This document shows, piece after piece, positions 1-11,809 of a stretch of 64,000 nt of DNA. The position numbers and the translations under genes were made by a program. This stretch comes from Albugo candida (lineage: Eukaryota). Numbering within the stretch: position 1 is the stretch's first letter; each line of letters starts with the position of its first letter. Under the pieces are notes generated by a model. That model made no database searches, was not told the origin of the DNA, and saw only the letters and a list, made by a program, of their open reading frames with translations. The stretch covers positions 186,001-250,000 of the forward strand of contig JBDOQK010000029.1 of the NCBI GenBank assembly GCA_040437565.1. The letters are read 5' to 3'.

Positions 1-3000
1 TGGTCTCTCCAATCAGCATGCAGCATGCAGCATCATGCTAAGAGTCTTGGGAGATCAGGGCAATAAGTACGAACCAATGTTTCTCATCATATTTGTTCAA
101 AACCAACTATTTTTTTTTACGAAAATAGCGGCGGCTTGCATATGCACGTGCTTTGTGGATCTGTTGTACTAATGTATAGTATGTTAGAATGTAACTGCAG
201 TGATTCATTTTAGTTATGTAACACGGTTAGAATGACACAAGGAATTAATGCACGAATATGTTTTCAAATTTAATCACAGTGTATTTGCAAAAGTGCAACT
301 TATACATACTTCAATACACTCGCTTGAGTCTATTTGGTACAGGTCGCCTTATGGAATTTTACAGTTTGTTGGCTGATGAGATCTGCATATTCCATGTGGT
401 GTAACTTTGACCAATGGTGTTGCTACTTTAAATGTGCTGAATTGTGACATTGACAGCGTTGAGCACAGCATTCCGTTTTCTGCATTCCAGTAAACCTAAC
501 TCAATGACCGTTCTTTTCCATTACTTCCTGAGACTGGCATATCTGTCCGCCAATTGCATTCTTTTAAGACCAATGCCGTTCCTCCTACCAATGTGTGAAG
601 ACGAACATCTGAAAGAGATTGTAGGATTTTTGCTGTGTAGAGCAGTGTGCGATGCATTGCCTAAGGTACTGCGTCGGAGAGCTCGGGGGTGTTGTTTCAG
701 TTGCCTTACGCGAAGAGCTAATTGCCAATTCCTATTGTCGTCCTAGGACTTCTGTTGAAGTCGTTTGGTCCATAACGCGTTGGATGCAACAAAGCGCTTA
801 TCTTTCAGTTGAGGCTCTCGAAAATTTCACTGTTTTCAGGCCAGTTGTTGAACAAAATCCTGTTGCCTAAGCTTTGTAGATGATCACTCAAATGTATGAC
901 CGTGGAGAAATGAGTTCTTATTAGACGATGGAAGGCATCCGTATGGATAGTGATGTGAGTTATTCGAGGCATTGTCATCCAGTGCTGCAAAAGGGCCATC
1001 AACTTCAGATATGATCGACTCTTATCGTAATTGGATATCCATAATCAATTTGGGTGATTTTGTATCAAACAGTCTGCGTATCGGTGACATGTAACAAACA
1101 TTCGTATTAAAGGGAGCACGTTGGCTGCATCCAAAGGAATTTGAGAGTTTTCATTCGTTCAGACCGTATAAGCGGGATGCAGTGGACCGGAGGGAGCAGC
1201 TTGAAATATGCTAGCGCCATCCAACCTTCGAAATCCCTGAACAATCATATCAATTTTCACTCAAAAGACGGTATACATCAAATGATTGGACATCCTATCG
1301 CACCCCATTTCTATGAATAAAATCAGTTCACAAGCATTGCAGTTCATACGTTCATTAAAGGAGTGTTTTTATTTCAGAATAGGTTCGAGGATGGTTCGCG
1401 AGGACCTCTCTCGTCCCGATGAAAAATGAACTCGCATACGTAATTGCATTATCACTCGCGTATCGAATCTCTCTGTTCTTCAATCGAACCAATTAACAGC
1501 AATTACTTGAAGCGCATCTTACCTTCTGGAACTACGTGCACATGTACCGGTTTGGTCGACTTGGAGCGCAGAAGACACACATAATGTGCAGATTGGATGC
1601 ATTAGTGGATTATCAGCTCATAGGTGCTTTGGTGATGCATCAAATATTGGAAGAGCAACAGCCGCTGTGAAAGGATTGCTGTCGACCGACCACTTCGGAG
1701 TGACGGCAGTTTCTATTCTTGGATGGTTTGGAAAGACCAGGAGAAGAGATGAAACCGTCATAGCGGGTAGATAATGACAAAAAACACTTTTACATTTGCA
1801 CTGGCATCATTCCTGTGAACATCAAACACAATTTGTAGCCCCAAAAACTTGCTCAAGCGGATGGATGTGTAAATAAACATTAGGATGAAAACAAGCATAA
1901 TGTGTTGCATTCGCTGGCACGGAAACTCGAAATTATTTGCAGCACNNNNNNNNNNNNNNNNNNNNNNNNNNNNNNNNNNNNNNNNNNNNNNNNNNNNNNN
2001 NNNNNNNNNNNNNNNNNNNNNNNNNNNNNNNNNNNNNNNNNNNNNGTCCCGATGAAAAATGAACTCGCATACGTAATTGCATTATCACTCGCGTATCGAA
2101 TCTCTCTGTTCTTCAATCGAACCAATTAACAGCAATTACTTGAAGCGCATCTTACCTTCTGGAACTACGTGCACATGTACCGGTTTGGTCGACTTGGAGC
2201 GCAGAAGACACACATAATGTGCAGATTGGATGCATTAGTGGATTATCAGCTCATAGGTGCTTTGGTGATGCATCAAATATTGGAAGAGCAACAGCCGCTG
2301 TGAAAGGATTGCTGTCGACCGACCACTTCGGAGTGACGGCAGTTTCTATTCTTGGATGGTTTGGAAAGACCAGGAGAAGAGATGAAACCGTCATAGCGGG
2401 TAGATAATGACAAAAAACACTTTTACATTTGCACTGGCATCATTCCTGTGAACATCAAACACAATTTGTAGCCCCAAAAACTTGCTCAAGCGGATGGATG
2501 TGTAAATAAACATTAGGATGAAAACAAGCATAATGTGTTGCATTCGCTGGCACGGAAACTCGAAATTATTTGCAGCACCGCAACTTCGTGCTACATACTA
2601 GACTACATAGGCTCCATAATGCCAGATTTGTATGGCTAATGTAATGTAATTCACATCAAGTAGGTTTCGCCCTTATTAATGTTGGCACGTATCTATTTGA
2701 TCCCTTGAGTGACACGATTTCTCGCCAAGAGACTTAGTGTCAATGATCGGCAACGACGAAGGTTCTCGATCAACAAGAAGGTATTTCACTTTTCAAAAAA
2801 TTCTAACAACATGCTAACCTACTTTAAAGACTTGCTGAAGCGTATTGCTGAAGCTTATGCTGCATGTGCAGCTCAAATCCGTGCGCAGTGGAAGCGCTGG
2901 TCTGGATCAATGAATCCGGACGAATATGAGGCGGTGGAGACAATATCCACTGCTGTGAAGAACATCACGGTCACAAAAGATCGCGTTATGAATGAGCTGA

Positions 3001-3350
3001 AAAGATTGCTCACGGTACGTAACATGACACTATATCACGAGGAGGAGCAGGAAAGCGGTGGAATGCCATCTCCGGCAGCCGCGTTACAGGAGGACATCGA
3101 NNNNNNNNNNNNNNNNNNNNNNNNNNNNNNNNNNNNNNNNNNNNNNNNNNNNNNNNNNNNNNNNNNNNNNNNNNNNNNNNNNNNNNNNNNNNNNNNNNNN
3201 TAGGTTTCGCCCTTATTAATGTTGGCACGTATCTATTTGATCCCTTGAGTGACACGATTTCTCGCCAAGAGACTTAGTGTCAATGATCGGCAACGACGAA
3301 GGTTCTCGATCAACAAGAAGGTATTTCACTTTTCAAAAAATTCTAACAAC

Positions 3351-3920
3351 ATGCTAACCTACTTTAAAGACTTGCTGAAGCGTATTGCTGAAGCTTATGC
3401 TGCATGTGCAGCTCAAATCCGTGCGCAGTGGAAGCGCTGGTCTGGATCAATGAATCCGGACGAATATGAGGCGGTGGAGACAATATCCACTGCTGTGAAG
3501 AACATCACGGTCACAAAAGATCGCGTTATGAATGAGCTGAAAAGATTGCTCACGGTACGTAACATGACACTATATCACGAGGAGGAGCAGGAAAGCGGTG
3601 GAATGCCATCTCCGGCAGCCGCGTTACAGGAGGACATCGACTATATAAATTCGACAGAAATGAAGAACAAATTTAAAGAAGCCTGGAAGCAGGAAATCCT
3701 CCGTCAAGTCAACGGAGCGACGGCCGATTGCATGGATGTGATTACTATCGGCTGGGATTACGACGCATGCATTACTATCGAGGAGTATATGTATTTCGAG
3801 CGTTTGGAGCATGGATATCGAGATCTTTTGGAGGTGTACCTGGATGAAATCCAAGCTTTACAGTCGGCAGCCGAGACGCTCATCGGATATGATGAAATTT
3901 GCAATACCGAAAACCCGTAG
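3351..3920 (+). CDS. Hypothetical helical, acidic protein (189 aa from first ATG); possibly the 3' remnant of a longer decayed gene. Partial artefactual copy at 2709-3100
   Basis: Open frame 3249-3920 with first ATG at 3351 (MLTYFKD...). An in-frame ATG upstream (MLARIYLIP*) is separated from it by a TGA. No recognisable motif. Confidence 0.4.
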   Translation: MLTYFKDLLKRIAEAYAACAAQIRAQWKRWSGSMNPDEYEAVETISTAVKNITVTKDRVMNELKRLLTVRNMTLYHEEEQESGGMPSPAAALQEDIDYINSTEMKNKFKEAWKQEILRQVNGATADCMDVITIGWDYDACITIEEYMYFERLEHGYRDLLEVYLDEIQALQSAAETLIGYDEICNTENP

Positions 3921-4438
3921 CAATTAATAATATAATATAATTCTTTTTCTTTTTTATTCTTTTGTTTTCATCTTGTTATATTAATTCAGATCTGCTGTTG
4001 GAATTACGCAAGAACAAATGCGAATCAGAACCCTTCACAATTCATAATATGATATAAATTTCATCTTCATTGCACTGACGCTACAACTACGTGTACTCCA
4101 TCGCATGTGCCTCTTGCTCGACCTCAAGTCGTCCTATCTATGCACCATATCGTTACATGCACATAAGATGACCCTAGAAGAACTGCATTCTTGCTACTTA
4201 AATCCTACAAATTCCGCTTCCAGTCTGTTCCGTGGCACTCATTGCGTTGTGACGTAAGATGACATCGACTCTATCGAAATACCACTCCAACTGCTTTACG
4301 TTTAATATATAGTAACTATTTGTTTTTCTTATCTCGCTGACAAAATTGTTTTCTGCTACTTTTTCTACCGACACATTCAGTATTTCGCAAACTTCTATCA
4401 AATGATATAAACATATTTTGCTATCGTCTTCCATTCGC

Positions 4439-7400
4439 TCAATCGTCTCGTTTTTTCTTCTTAGAGCGCTTCACTTTGACCACTTGTGTGGGTGCGACAT
4501 CATGCGCAAATAATTTCGATACTTCCAAACCTGATGTGAATGCATTATTAAACATCACACGCTGTTGAAACGATGAAATAAACGGTAAAAACATGGCCAC
4601 AAACATAATCGGTCCAAATACAATCCATCCGACCGCGCGGTCAAAGGCTCGAGCCAGCGCACGCACCACAATATGATGATACTGAAGTCGGATAATAGTG
4701 GCTTGCATGAACCAATACACCGCTACGACCATGGTCAATATCACTTCGAACAAATTGGTGATTGTCAGCACAGTCAGTGATAACAAGCCAAAGCCTGCGC
4801 ACACACATGTGATTATAAACTTCATTTTCCGTAATTTGCGCTGTTTCATCGACATCTTCTTCGTGACACGACTGGCAATGTACCCACAGCATACCATCAG
4901 CCCCATAATGAGAATGATGCCTGCTGCGAGGACGTACGTGGTCATGGCATCCTGTTTGGTGATCACTCGATCACGTTCTTCAAAGTACGCTTTATACGTG
5001 AGTTGGAGGTATAATCCCACTGATAGACATAAGAATCGACTTTTTCGAATCAACATCCACCATCGTGCTCCACCGGTCGAGTGCTCGAGGTATTCCAATT
5101 CATTCGACCACCATCCGAACCAGCTCTCTGCTGAATCGTTTGTAGTTTTCAGCCAATTTTGCCAATCATTATAATCATCAATTATTTTGTCCCAATCGAG
5201 ACCGCTCGGATTGAAGAAAAATGGAGCCCAGATCCAAGTGGCCGCGATAATCCACAACGAGAAGGACATAATGCCGTAATTCTGGTTGGTAGGAAGCACA
5301 CAAGTCTGGTAATGATTCGCATAACATCGAATTTTCCATTCCGTGTCTGTCGGCTCGATATTGTTGTAGAAATCTTGATCCAATCTCCACGAGCAATTAC
5401 ACCAGGAGAACGTCCCGTACGAGTAGAAAAGGATCAGTAAGAAGACAAGTTCCACACCGCGATAAAAATGGCTGAATGCGTAGAAGCGAAATAATTCGGC
5501 GAATTTCTCATGCTTGATAGTAAATCCTCTTCCAGTTGCGCGATATTTAGCTCCTCCGTGGATCAATGTTCGATCAAAGTAATTCATTCGCGTTCCCATT
5601 TGAAATGTGAAGAAAATTGGACCTAGTGTGAGGATATTCCACAACAGATACGTAAATCCATGCCGAAAGCCTTGTTCGACGCCAACGACTGCGATGACCG
5701 GCACTACTAATAGAAATCCAAACTGAAGAGCCCACGATGTATTGAGCACACCTCCGATTCCAAGACCACCATGCTCCAAGAAATAGCCATCAAGACCGCT
5801 TAGCGCCATATACACCTTTCCGTAGATGAAAAAATAAATACCGACAACAGTAAGACTCTGTGTGAAATACCAGCCAAGATTCCCGTAGAACCACGATTGC
5901 AGCCGGAAAAAATCCAAACGTGATGCCATACGCATCGCATCTCTCGATATCACACATTCTCCAGCTCCAGATGATAATTTCGCTTCAAACTGGGTCAGTT
6001 GTTGCATTCCAACATCACGTCCTTTACCAACTTGGACGAATTCTTCATGGGATACTCTTCCACCACGTAACGTGGTGTTAAAACCAGCAAAAATATCTTC
6101 AGAGAGATTGATACCTTTGGAGGCTTTTGCTGTTCCTCCCGTTCCCATCGCAAACAATTTATCAAAAATATCGGGATGACCGTAATGCTGCCGAACGTGA
6201 AATCGCGCTAGCATTCGCTGTCCCAGCATCACAAACGAGAGCTCCTGAATGGACATGAAACTCGCTAAATTGGACACTCCGCCTGTAAACACATGCTCAC
6301 GAAAACCTATAATAGTCAGCGGATTCTTCTCATTGTGTCCGTCCATTGTCGACAGTAAATTGGGCATTTTGATACATTCTTCGAGGTACCCGTCCTGATT
6401 CATATCGATACATTGTAAGAGTTCGCCGCGTGAGAAGATGATCGCATGATTCTGATTCTCCGGTTTGCCTTCGCCAATGATCGGATTTCCCGGCAATTCC
6501 ACACGATACACTTCGACGATTTTGTCCTCCATGGATCGGATAAGGACTGAGAAGAATTTCGGAGGGCCATCTTTCACCTTCTTAGGGCCGTCCACGTACG
6601 CGACACGAAGACTTGGATGTTTTTTCAGCAAGAAATCGATGTCTTGTGCTTGTTGCTTCTGCTCATCCTTTTGTCGGCCGTAAATTTGACACGTGCACAC
6701 ATAATTGAATTTGAGCGATACCATTTCATTGAGCCTTTTGCATTTGTTACACGGACAATTGACCTGATGCATAGGCTCATTCTCACCAATTTCCAGCCAG
6801 TGGAGGAATCGAATTGCGTCTTCATTGTACATCATCCCACGAACGGTGCGTGCTAATGTCTGACCGCGATAACTCGCCCATAATTGAACCTCTTCGGGGC
6901 TTTTTCGCAGTGCTTCAGCGACATCTTTGACCTGTAAGCGCTCCAGCAAATTCTCAAATTCGAACGGGTAAATTGTCTGCAAATAGTAAAGCAATTTGAT
7001 ACAATCGTCGTTCTGTGTGGTCAAATCTTTGATGGAGAACATCACAATCTCGTTGTAATACGGTGTCGACACCGTAAGTGATCGAATTTTCCGAATCGCT
7101 TTGGCTTCCGGCATTTCCATAAACAACGAATTGGCGAAAAATCGTAAGCGACGTCGACCTTCATCTGATCGAGGCTCTGCGTCGAAATTATCGACAGTCA
7201 GTAGCTGATACGCACGAGACACGATATCCAGCGCTGCTTCCTCGTTCACAATCCGCTGAAGCTGGAGACTCGCGTAATGCTGCGNNNNNNNNNNNNNNNN
7301 NNNNNNNNNNNNNNNNNNNNNNNNNNNNNNNNNNNNNNNNNNNNNNNNNNNNNNNNNNNNNNNNNNNNNNNNNNNNNNNNNNNNCAGTGCTTCAGCGACA

Positions 7401-10400
7401 TCTTTGACCTGTAAGCGCTCCAGCAAATTCTCAAATTCGAACGGGTAAATCGTCTGCAAATAGTAAAGCAATTTGATACAATCGTCGTTCTGTGTGGTCA
7501 AATCTTTGATGGAGAACATCACAATCTCGTTGTAATACGGTGTCGACACCGTAAGTGATCGAATTTTCCGAATCGCTTTGGCTTCCGGCATTTCCATAAA
7601 CAACGAATTGGCGAAAAATCGTAAGCGACGTCGACCTTCATCTGATCGAGGCTCTGCGTCGAAATTATCGACAGTCAGTAGCTGATACGCACGAGACACG
7701 ATATCCAGCGCTGCTTCCTCGTTCACAATCCGCTGAAGCTGGAGACTCGCGTAATGCTGCGTATCGCCGGGGAAGAAAAACGAGTTGGGTTTCAAAGGCG
7801 TATCGTTGAGCAATTGAACCAGATTTTCTTGTTTGGACAATACAACCTTTAGACATCCAATGACCGCTTCTACCGAGTCGATGACTTTGTACAAAGAGCG
7901 CTGGAATTTGATGCTGCTTTCAGTACTTTTCTTCGGCACTTCTAAAATCGATTTCATCAATTCCGCACAGGATGCTCGACATTGATATAAATTGCTCAGA
8001 TTCAGGCCTTTCAACACTTGCTGCGTGGCTGCCATTTCTTCCAGGAAATTGTAGCAATCGTCCAATTCCTTGTGTTCATCACCGAGGAGAATCCGAAGCA
8101 CCTGAGATGAGAATTTGTACGATCCTAAGATTGATTCCACACGTAAATCGTCTTTCAAAAGCCGTTCACGCATCACATTCTCCACTTTCTGCAGTGTTTT
8201 ATCCTTTTTCTTCTTGTCAGTTTTCAGTTTCTCGTACAGCGCCGAGCACTCCATAATGATCTCAATCGACTCGTCCAATTTCCCGGCTGTTAAGAACGCA
8301 GGAGGATACAACCTTCGATTCACAGTGTCCTTGGAGTCGATAAGATAGCTTAATACATTCAATTCGCGATCGCTAATGATATCGGCGTCTCGAAGACTCG
8401 ATAGACATCGATTCCAAGCCATTGCGAATGGGATCGTGCGCTCAAATTCTGCTCCAGAAACGCCCGTAATCGATCCGATATTGGACGCACGACTCGTTTG
8501 TGATTTATTGTCATCTTCTCCGTTGTTGGGCGTTCGCATTTCACTATATAAATCATCTCCTTCTCTTGTTTCCAAAAGGGAGCTGTACGCTTGAGCTTTC
8601 ACAGTCAGCGGCTTGGATCCTTGTGACATGGAAATTCGTTCAAAACGACGAAGTGGCATTTGAAGTTCAGATGCATTGGCCTTCTTATTCTTCTTCTTCC
8701 CATTCGCTAATGCTTCCGTGATATTCGGCACAATTTTACGATTAAAAGCCCCAGGAATCGATTTGAATGTAAGTCGAAGTATTCGAAACGAACGGAGCTC
8801 TCCAATCCGAAGATTGAATCCGGCAAAGGAGCCGACAACCACCGATAAAATCGCATAGAAAATCTGAGCGTCGTACAAGAACACCATAATCGATGGAATC
8901 CAAAGGAAAAATAGATAGAGAACATTGTGGTAACTCTGCTGCACCAGGAAATGCGAATACTGAAGATAATCGGCCTTGTTGGCGCTCCAGATGAACAGAG
9001 ACGTTTCCACGAGACTTTTTACCATAAACTGATAATCAAACCACACTTTGATGGCAAAAAGGAGAATCCAAAACCAAAGGTACCGCCAGTACACTTTCAT
9101 AGGAACCGGAAGCGATCGACCCACAAATCCGACGCCAATTCCCGAGAAAAAACGATTCTGAAGCTCACAAAGACATATCAGTACGAGCATCGCCATCCCT
9201 CCAAGCATCGCCATGGGTCCTTTATCCTTTCGTCCAAAATCGACCATACCCATCAACAGTGAGACCACACGCGTTGGATCGGTAATCAGACTATTGATAT
9301 CAATTTGACACTTTTTACAGTTCAAGAATCCGTCTCGATTGCCATTCAATACATTCAAAGCCGCTTTCTTCCAAGTCGGAACGCATTTCCTCTGATCGTA
9401 TTTGATCTTTCCAGAGGTACTGCCTGCTTCCGTCTCCACTTCTTCAGCCGTTCCCGTTTGCTCAAAACACTTTGACAGTAATTTGTGGTAACAAGAGCAT
9501 CGTCCGGCTGTTTTTTCCTGACAATTTGTGAAGGGAACGATTGAAAGTAGCGATTTGAAGTCAATCGGTAGGGTCATGAATGTGGTTCCATCTTGATATG
9601 GCGATATGCCCAAGCAGGTAGCGAGCTTTGGAAGAAGGCAACGAGGTGAGCCTTCACCGAGTGTATCGTCATTTGTTGGCGCTTGTGTGCCTTTCGGCTG
9701 TGAGTATCGATGCCCTAAAATCTCTAAAACTCCATTTGAGGTGTTTGGCTGTACATCTGCACCGTACATAATCGGCGAATCCGGGCAGAATAAAACCATA
9801 TTCAAAGCAAATGTCAGCACACTCAGAAACAGAGCACAATTGAAGAGGAAAATACGACGAAATGAGATCATTGCACGAAGCCAACTGCGCTTCTCAGTGA
9901 ACGTTTTCTTCACAATTTTAGGCTTTCCTTTCTTGCTGACATTTGCAAAAGCCGTTCCAATGCTTTGAGCGTCATATTTAAGACATTTCTTGCTCCAAAA
10001 AAACTCATTAAAATCGTCATAATTGCGAATTTCGTGATGGGGAGCTCGGGCGCCTTTGGACGTCTTCTTATCATTGTCTTTTTTGATTTCGGCGTACATT
10101 GGACGAATGACTTGAGACAGAAACGCGCCTGACTCCTGCTGACCGCCAGACCGTACTTGAGGGAGCATGGAGTGTAATAAAAAACAGAGGCATTCGGGCA
10201 TTTGGCGTAAATTACCGGCTTCACCCCATATCAAGAAGAATAACGCAATATCAACCAATGGTTCCTGTGTGAATTTTGGTTTTTGACCAATGTATTTGCA
10301 CCATTTCGTATAATTGGTAAATAACCGACGATGTAATCGCTCGATACCTTTCATGGCCATTTCCATCTCTTTTTGAGGATCTCGTTGCAGGTAATCTTCC

Positions 10401-10978
10401 ATGGCATCTTCAGCTGGTTGTTTTTTCTTCTTGCGTTTTTTTTCTTCGCCTCCTTGTTCTTTGAAATTGGTAAGCAACAGAATCAGATGTTCGGTCTGGT
10501 TTGTAACATTGCTATCCTGAAATCCAAAGGTTGTTTTTAACGTTTGGCAGATATCACCGATATTGGACTGTGTTAATAAATGTGTGATAACCTGATACGT
10601 TCGCGGTAAATTTTCCATATCTAAAATGTTATGCTTTTGAATTCCACGTTTTCCCACCATACTTCCGTGATTCACTTTTGATCGCTGACTTTTGATCATT
10701 TTAACATAACGTGTCATTTTCGCATTTAAGCGTTCAGCAACCTCACGTTCCTCAATTGATTTATATTTCATTGAGAGTGCGTGTTCCATAATTTCAACAG
10801 CACGAGTGAGTTTGGCTTCTGCTCCGCGAATGTCTGGTGGATTGGCATTCTGCATCGTGACGCCAGCATTGACAAGATTCATCGCTTCATCGCACATTTG
10901 CCGCTGCGTTTCTAATGCCTCTGATATGATGCCACTAGAGCTTCCATCACTTCCATTTTGCCGTTGTCTTCCCATCAT
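4439..10978 (-). CDS. FKS1: 1,3-beta-glucan synthase / callose synthase (GT48, FKS1/GSL family), about 2020 aa after collapsing the gap duplication
   Basis: Motifs: LIWGEAGNLRQMPECLCF, NYDDFNEFFW, RRLRFFANSL, WASYRGQTLARTVRGMMY, GEGKPENQNHAIIF, IDMNQD, HYGHPDIFD, LSEDIFAG, QVGKGRDVG, YRATGRGF, plus many TM helices. The 477-bp offset duplicate around gap 7285-7384 is artefactual. Confidence 0.97.
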   Translation of the reverse strand: MMGRQRQNGSDGSSSGIISEALETQRQMCDEAMNLVNAGVTMQNANPPDIRGAEAKLTRAVEIMEHALSMKYKSIEEREVAERLNAKMTRYVKMIKSQRSKVNHGSMVGKRGIQKHNILDMENLPRTYQVITHLLTQSNIGDICQTLKTTFGFQDSNVTNQTEHLILLLTNFKEQGGEEKKRKKKKQPAEDAMEDYLQRDPQKEMEMAMKGIERLHRRLFTNYTKWCKYIGQKPKFTQEPLVDIALFFLIWGEAGNLRQMPECLCFLLHSMLPQVRSGGQQESGAFLSQVIRPMYAEIKKDNDKKTSKGARAPHHEIRNYDDFNEFFWSKKCLKYDAQSIGTAFANVSKKGKPKIVKKTFTEKRSWLRAMISFRRIFLFNCALFLSVLTFALNMVLFCPDSPIMYGADVQPNTSNGVLEILGHRYSQPKGTQAPTNDDTLGEGSPRCLLPKLATCLGISPYQDGTTFMTLPIDFKSLLSIVPFTNCQEKTAGRCSCYHKLLSKCFEQTGTAEEVETEAGSTSGKIKYDQRKCVPTWKKAALNVLNGNRDGFLNCKKCQIDINSLITDPTRVVSLLMGMVDFGRKDKGPMAMLGGMAMLVLICLCELQNRFFSGIGVGFVGRSLPVPMKVYWRYLWFWILLFAIKVWFDYQFMVKSLVETSLFIWSANKADYLQYSHFLVQQSYHNVLYLFFLWIPSIMVFLYDAQIFYAILSVVVGSFAGFNLRIGELRSFRILRLTFKSIPGAFNRKIVPNITEALANGKKKNKKANASELQMPLRRFERISMSQGSKPLTVKAQAYSSLLETREGDDLYSEMRTPNNGEDDNKSQTSRASNIGSITGVSGAEFERTIPFAMAWNRCLSSLRDADIISDRELNVLSYLIDSKDTVNRRLYPPAFLTAGKLDESIEIIMECSALYEKLKTDKKKKDKTLQKVENVMRERLLKDDLRVESILGSYKFSSQVLRILLGDEHKELDDCYNFLEEMAATQQVLKGLNLSNLYQCRASCAELMKSILEVPKKSTESSIKFQRSLYKVIDSVEAVIGCLKVVLSKQENLVQLLNDTPLKPNSFFFPGDTQHYASLQLQRIVNEEAALDIVSRAYQLLTVDNFDAEPRSDEGRRRLRFFANSLFMEMPEAKAIRKIRSLTVSTPYYNEIVMFSIKDLTTQNDDCIKLLYYLQTIYPFEFENLLERLQVKDVAEALXXXXXXXXXXXXXXXXXXXXXXXXXXXXXXXXXXQHYASLQLQRIVNEEAALDIVSRAYQLLTVDNFDAEPRSDEGRRRLRFFANSLFMEMPEAKAIRKIRSLTVSTPYYNEIVMFSIKDLTTQNDDCIKLLYYLQTIYPFEFENLLERLQVKDVAEALRKSPEEVQLWASYRGQTLARTVRGMMYNEDAIRFLHWLEIGENEPMHQVNCPCNKCKRLNEMVSLKFNYVCTCQIYGRQKDEQKQQAQDIDFLLKKHPSLRVAYVDGPKKVKDGPPKFFSVLIRSMEDKIVEVYRVELPGNPIIGEGKPENQNHAIIFSRGELLQCIDMNQDGYLEECIKMPNLLSTMDGHNEKNPLTIIGFREHVFTGGVSNLASFMSIQELSFVMLGQRMLARFHVRQHYGHPDIFDKLFAMGTGGTAKASKGINLSEDIFAGFNTTLRGGRVSHEEFVQVGKGRDVGMQQLTQFEAKLSSGAGECVISRDAMRMASRLDFFRLQSWFYGNLGWYFTQSLTVVGIYFFIYGKVYMALSGLDGYFLEHGGLGIGGVLNTSWALQFGFLLVVPVIAVVGVEQGFRHGFTYLLWNILTLGPIFFTFQMGTRMNYFDRTLIHGGAKYRATGRGFTIKHEKFAELFRFYAFSHFYRGVELVFLLILFYSYGTFSWCNCSWRLDQDFYNNIEPTDTEWKIRCYANHYQTCVLPTNQNYGIMSFSLWIIAATWIWAPFFFNPSGLDWDKIIDDYNDWQNWLKTTNDSAESWFGWWSNELEYLEHSTGGARWWMLIRKSRFLCLSVGLYLQLTYKAYFEERDRVITKQDAMTTYVLAAGIILIMGLMVCCGYIASRVTKKMSMKQRKLRKMKFIITCVCAGFGLLSLTVLTITNLFEVILTMVVAVYWFMQATIIRLQYHHIVVRALARAFDRAVGWIVFGPIMFVAMFLPFISSFQQRVMFNNAFTSGLEVSKLFAHDVAPTQVVKVKRSKKKKRDD

Positions 10979-11809
10979 AGAACGTCCTCAGCTAAATAAT
11001 GCTTGATCTGAGAAAATCCCTCACTCACAAACAGAGAAAGAGTTGATTGCGCTCCGTTTTTCTTTGCTCAAATCGAGCCAGCACCTTTTCTATATGTAAA
11101 TAAAACGGTATAGAAGGAACAATGAGCACGTAAAATCTTTGAAGGACTTGACAAATCTAAAACTAAGTCATAGACTCAAACACACCTGGCAAATGTATAT
11201 CGAATTGGTAAGGAAAAAGGGAAGTGGTGGGTACACAGGACACTCAGGGTACAAATCTTTCATCTTATCCATACAAAAACGTCGTCAAAAGGTTCGGTTC
11301 CCCTTCCCCCAGGCTATTACTGTCGTTTGAGGTACAGTATGGCATTAAACTTGACGCATACTGCAAACTGACTTTATTTCATGTAAAGTGTCGTGTAGCT
11401 TAAGTCATGATCTTTACACGGCTATACGAAGAGTAGGCTTTGATTGGTGTTCTCATGTATAAGACCTTTTATTACGTAGGCAGCATATAATGTGTTGCCG
11501 ATATCTTATAATCAAAATTCTTGATTTATGGTTATATACGCCTATCCAATCCTTTATTCCGGGCAAAACGTTGTACTTGATAGGATATCATATCATAAAG
11601 TGGAGCCCCGAGAGAGAATACAAAAACTGGTCTAGTTACTGCCCCGAGTGTCAGATGGCGAAAGAAGGACCCTGATACGTATAAAGGCTTGGAGGCAGAG
11701 AGTACGAAGAGATTACACACGTGCCTTTCCTCACTGGACCATAAATTACCGTTTCAAGCTGACCTCAATTCGTTTGCTCATAATCAGAGTCACGCAATTT
11801 AATTGGAAA

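Noticed and set aside
444-1200. Short ORFs on both strands
   Set aside because: No recognisable motifs. May be decayed coding or TE sequence, but this cannot be supported.
1413-3640. Tandem direct repeats of ~530 and ~440 bp (LTR-like)
   Set aside because: Both pairs flank N gaps and appear identical, with no TG...CA ends, PBS or internal pol.
4198-4434. 78-aa ORF starting 4 nt after the glucan synthase stop (possible reinitiation or bicistronic ORF)
   Set aside because: AT-rich, no motif, within the expected 3' UTR. No support beyond its length.
6908-7762. Apparent internal domain duplication in the glucan synthase
   Set aside because: Near-identical copies sit directly either side of a 100-N gap, so this is an unmerged contig overlap.
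4641-10224. Numerous antisense and alternate-frame ORFs in the ORF track
   Set aside because: Shadows of long real CDSs with no independent motifs.
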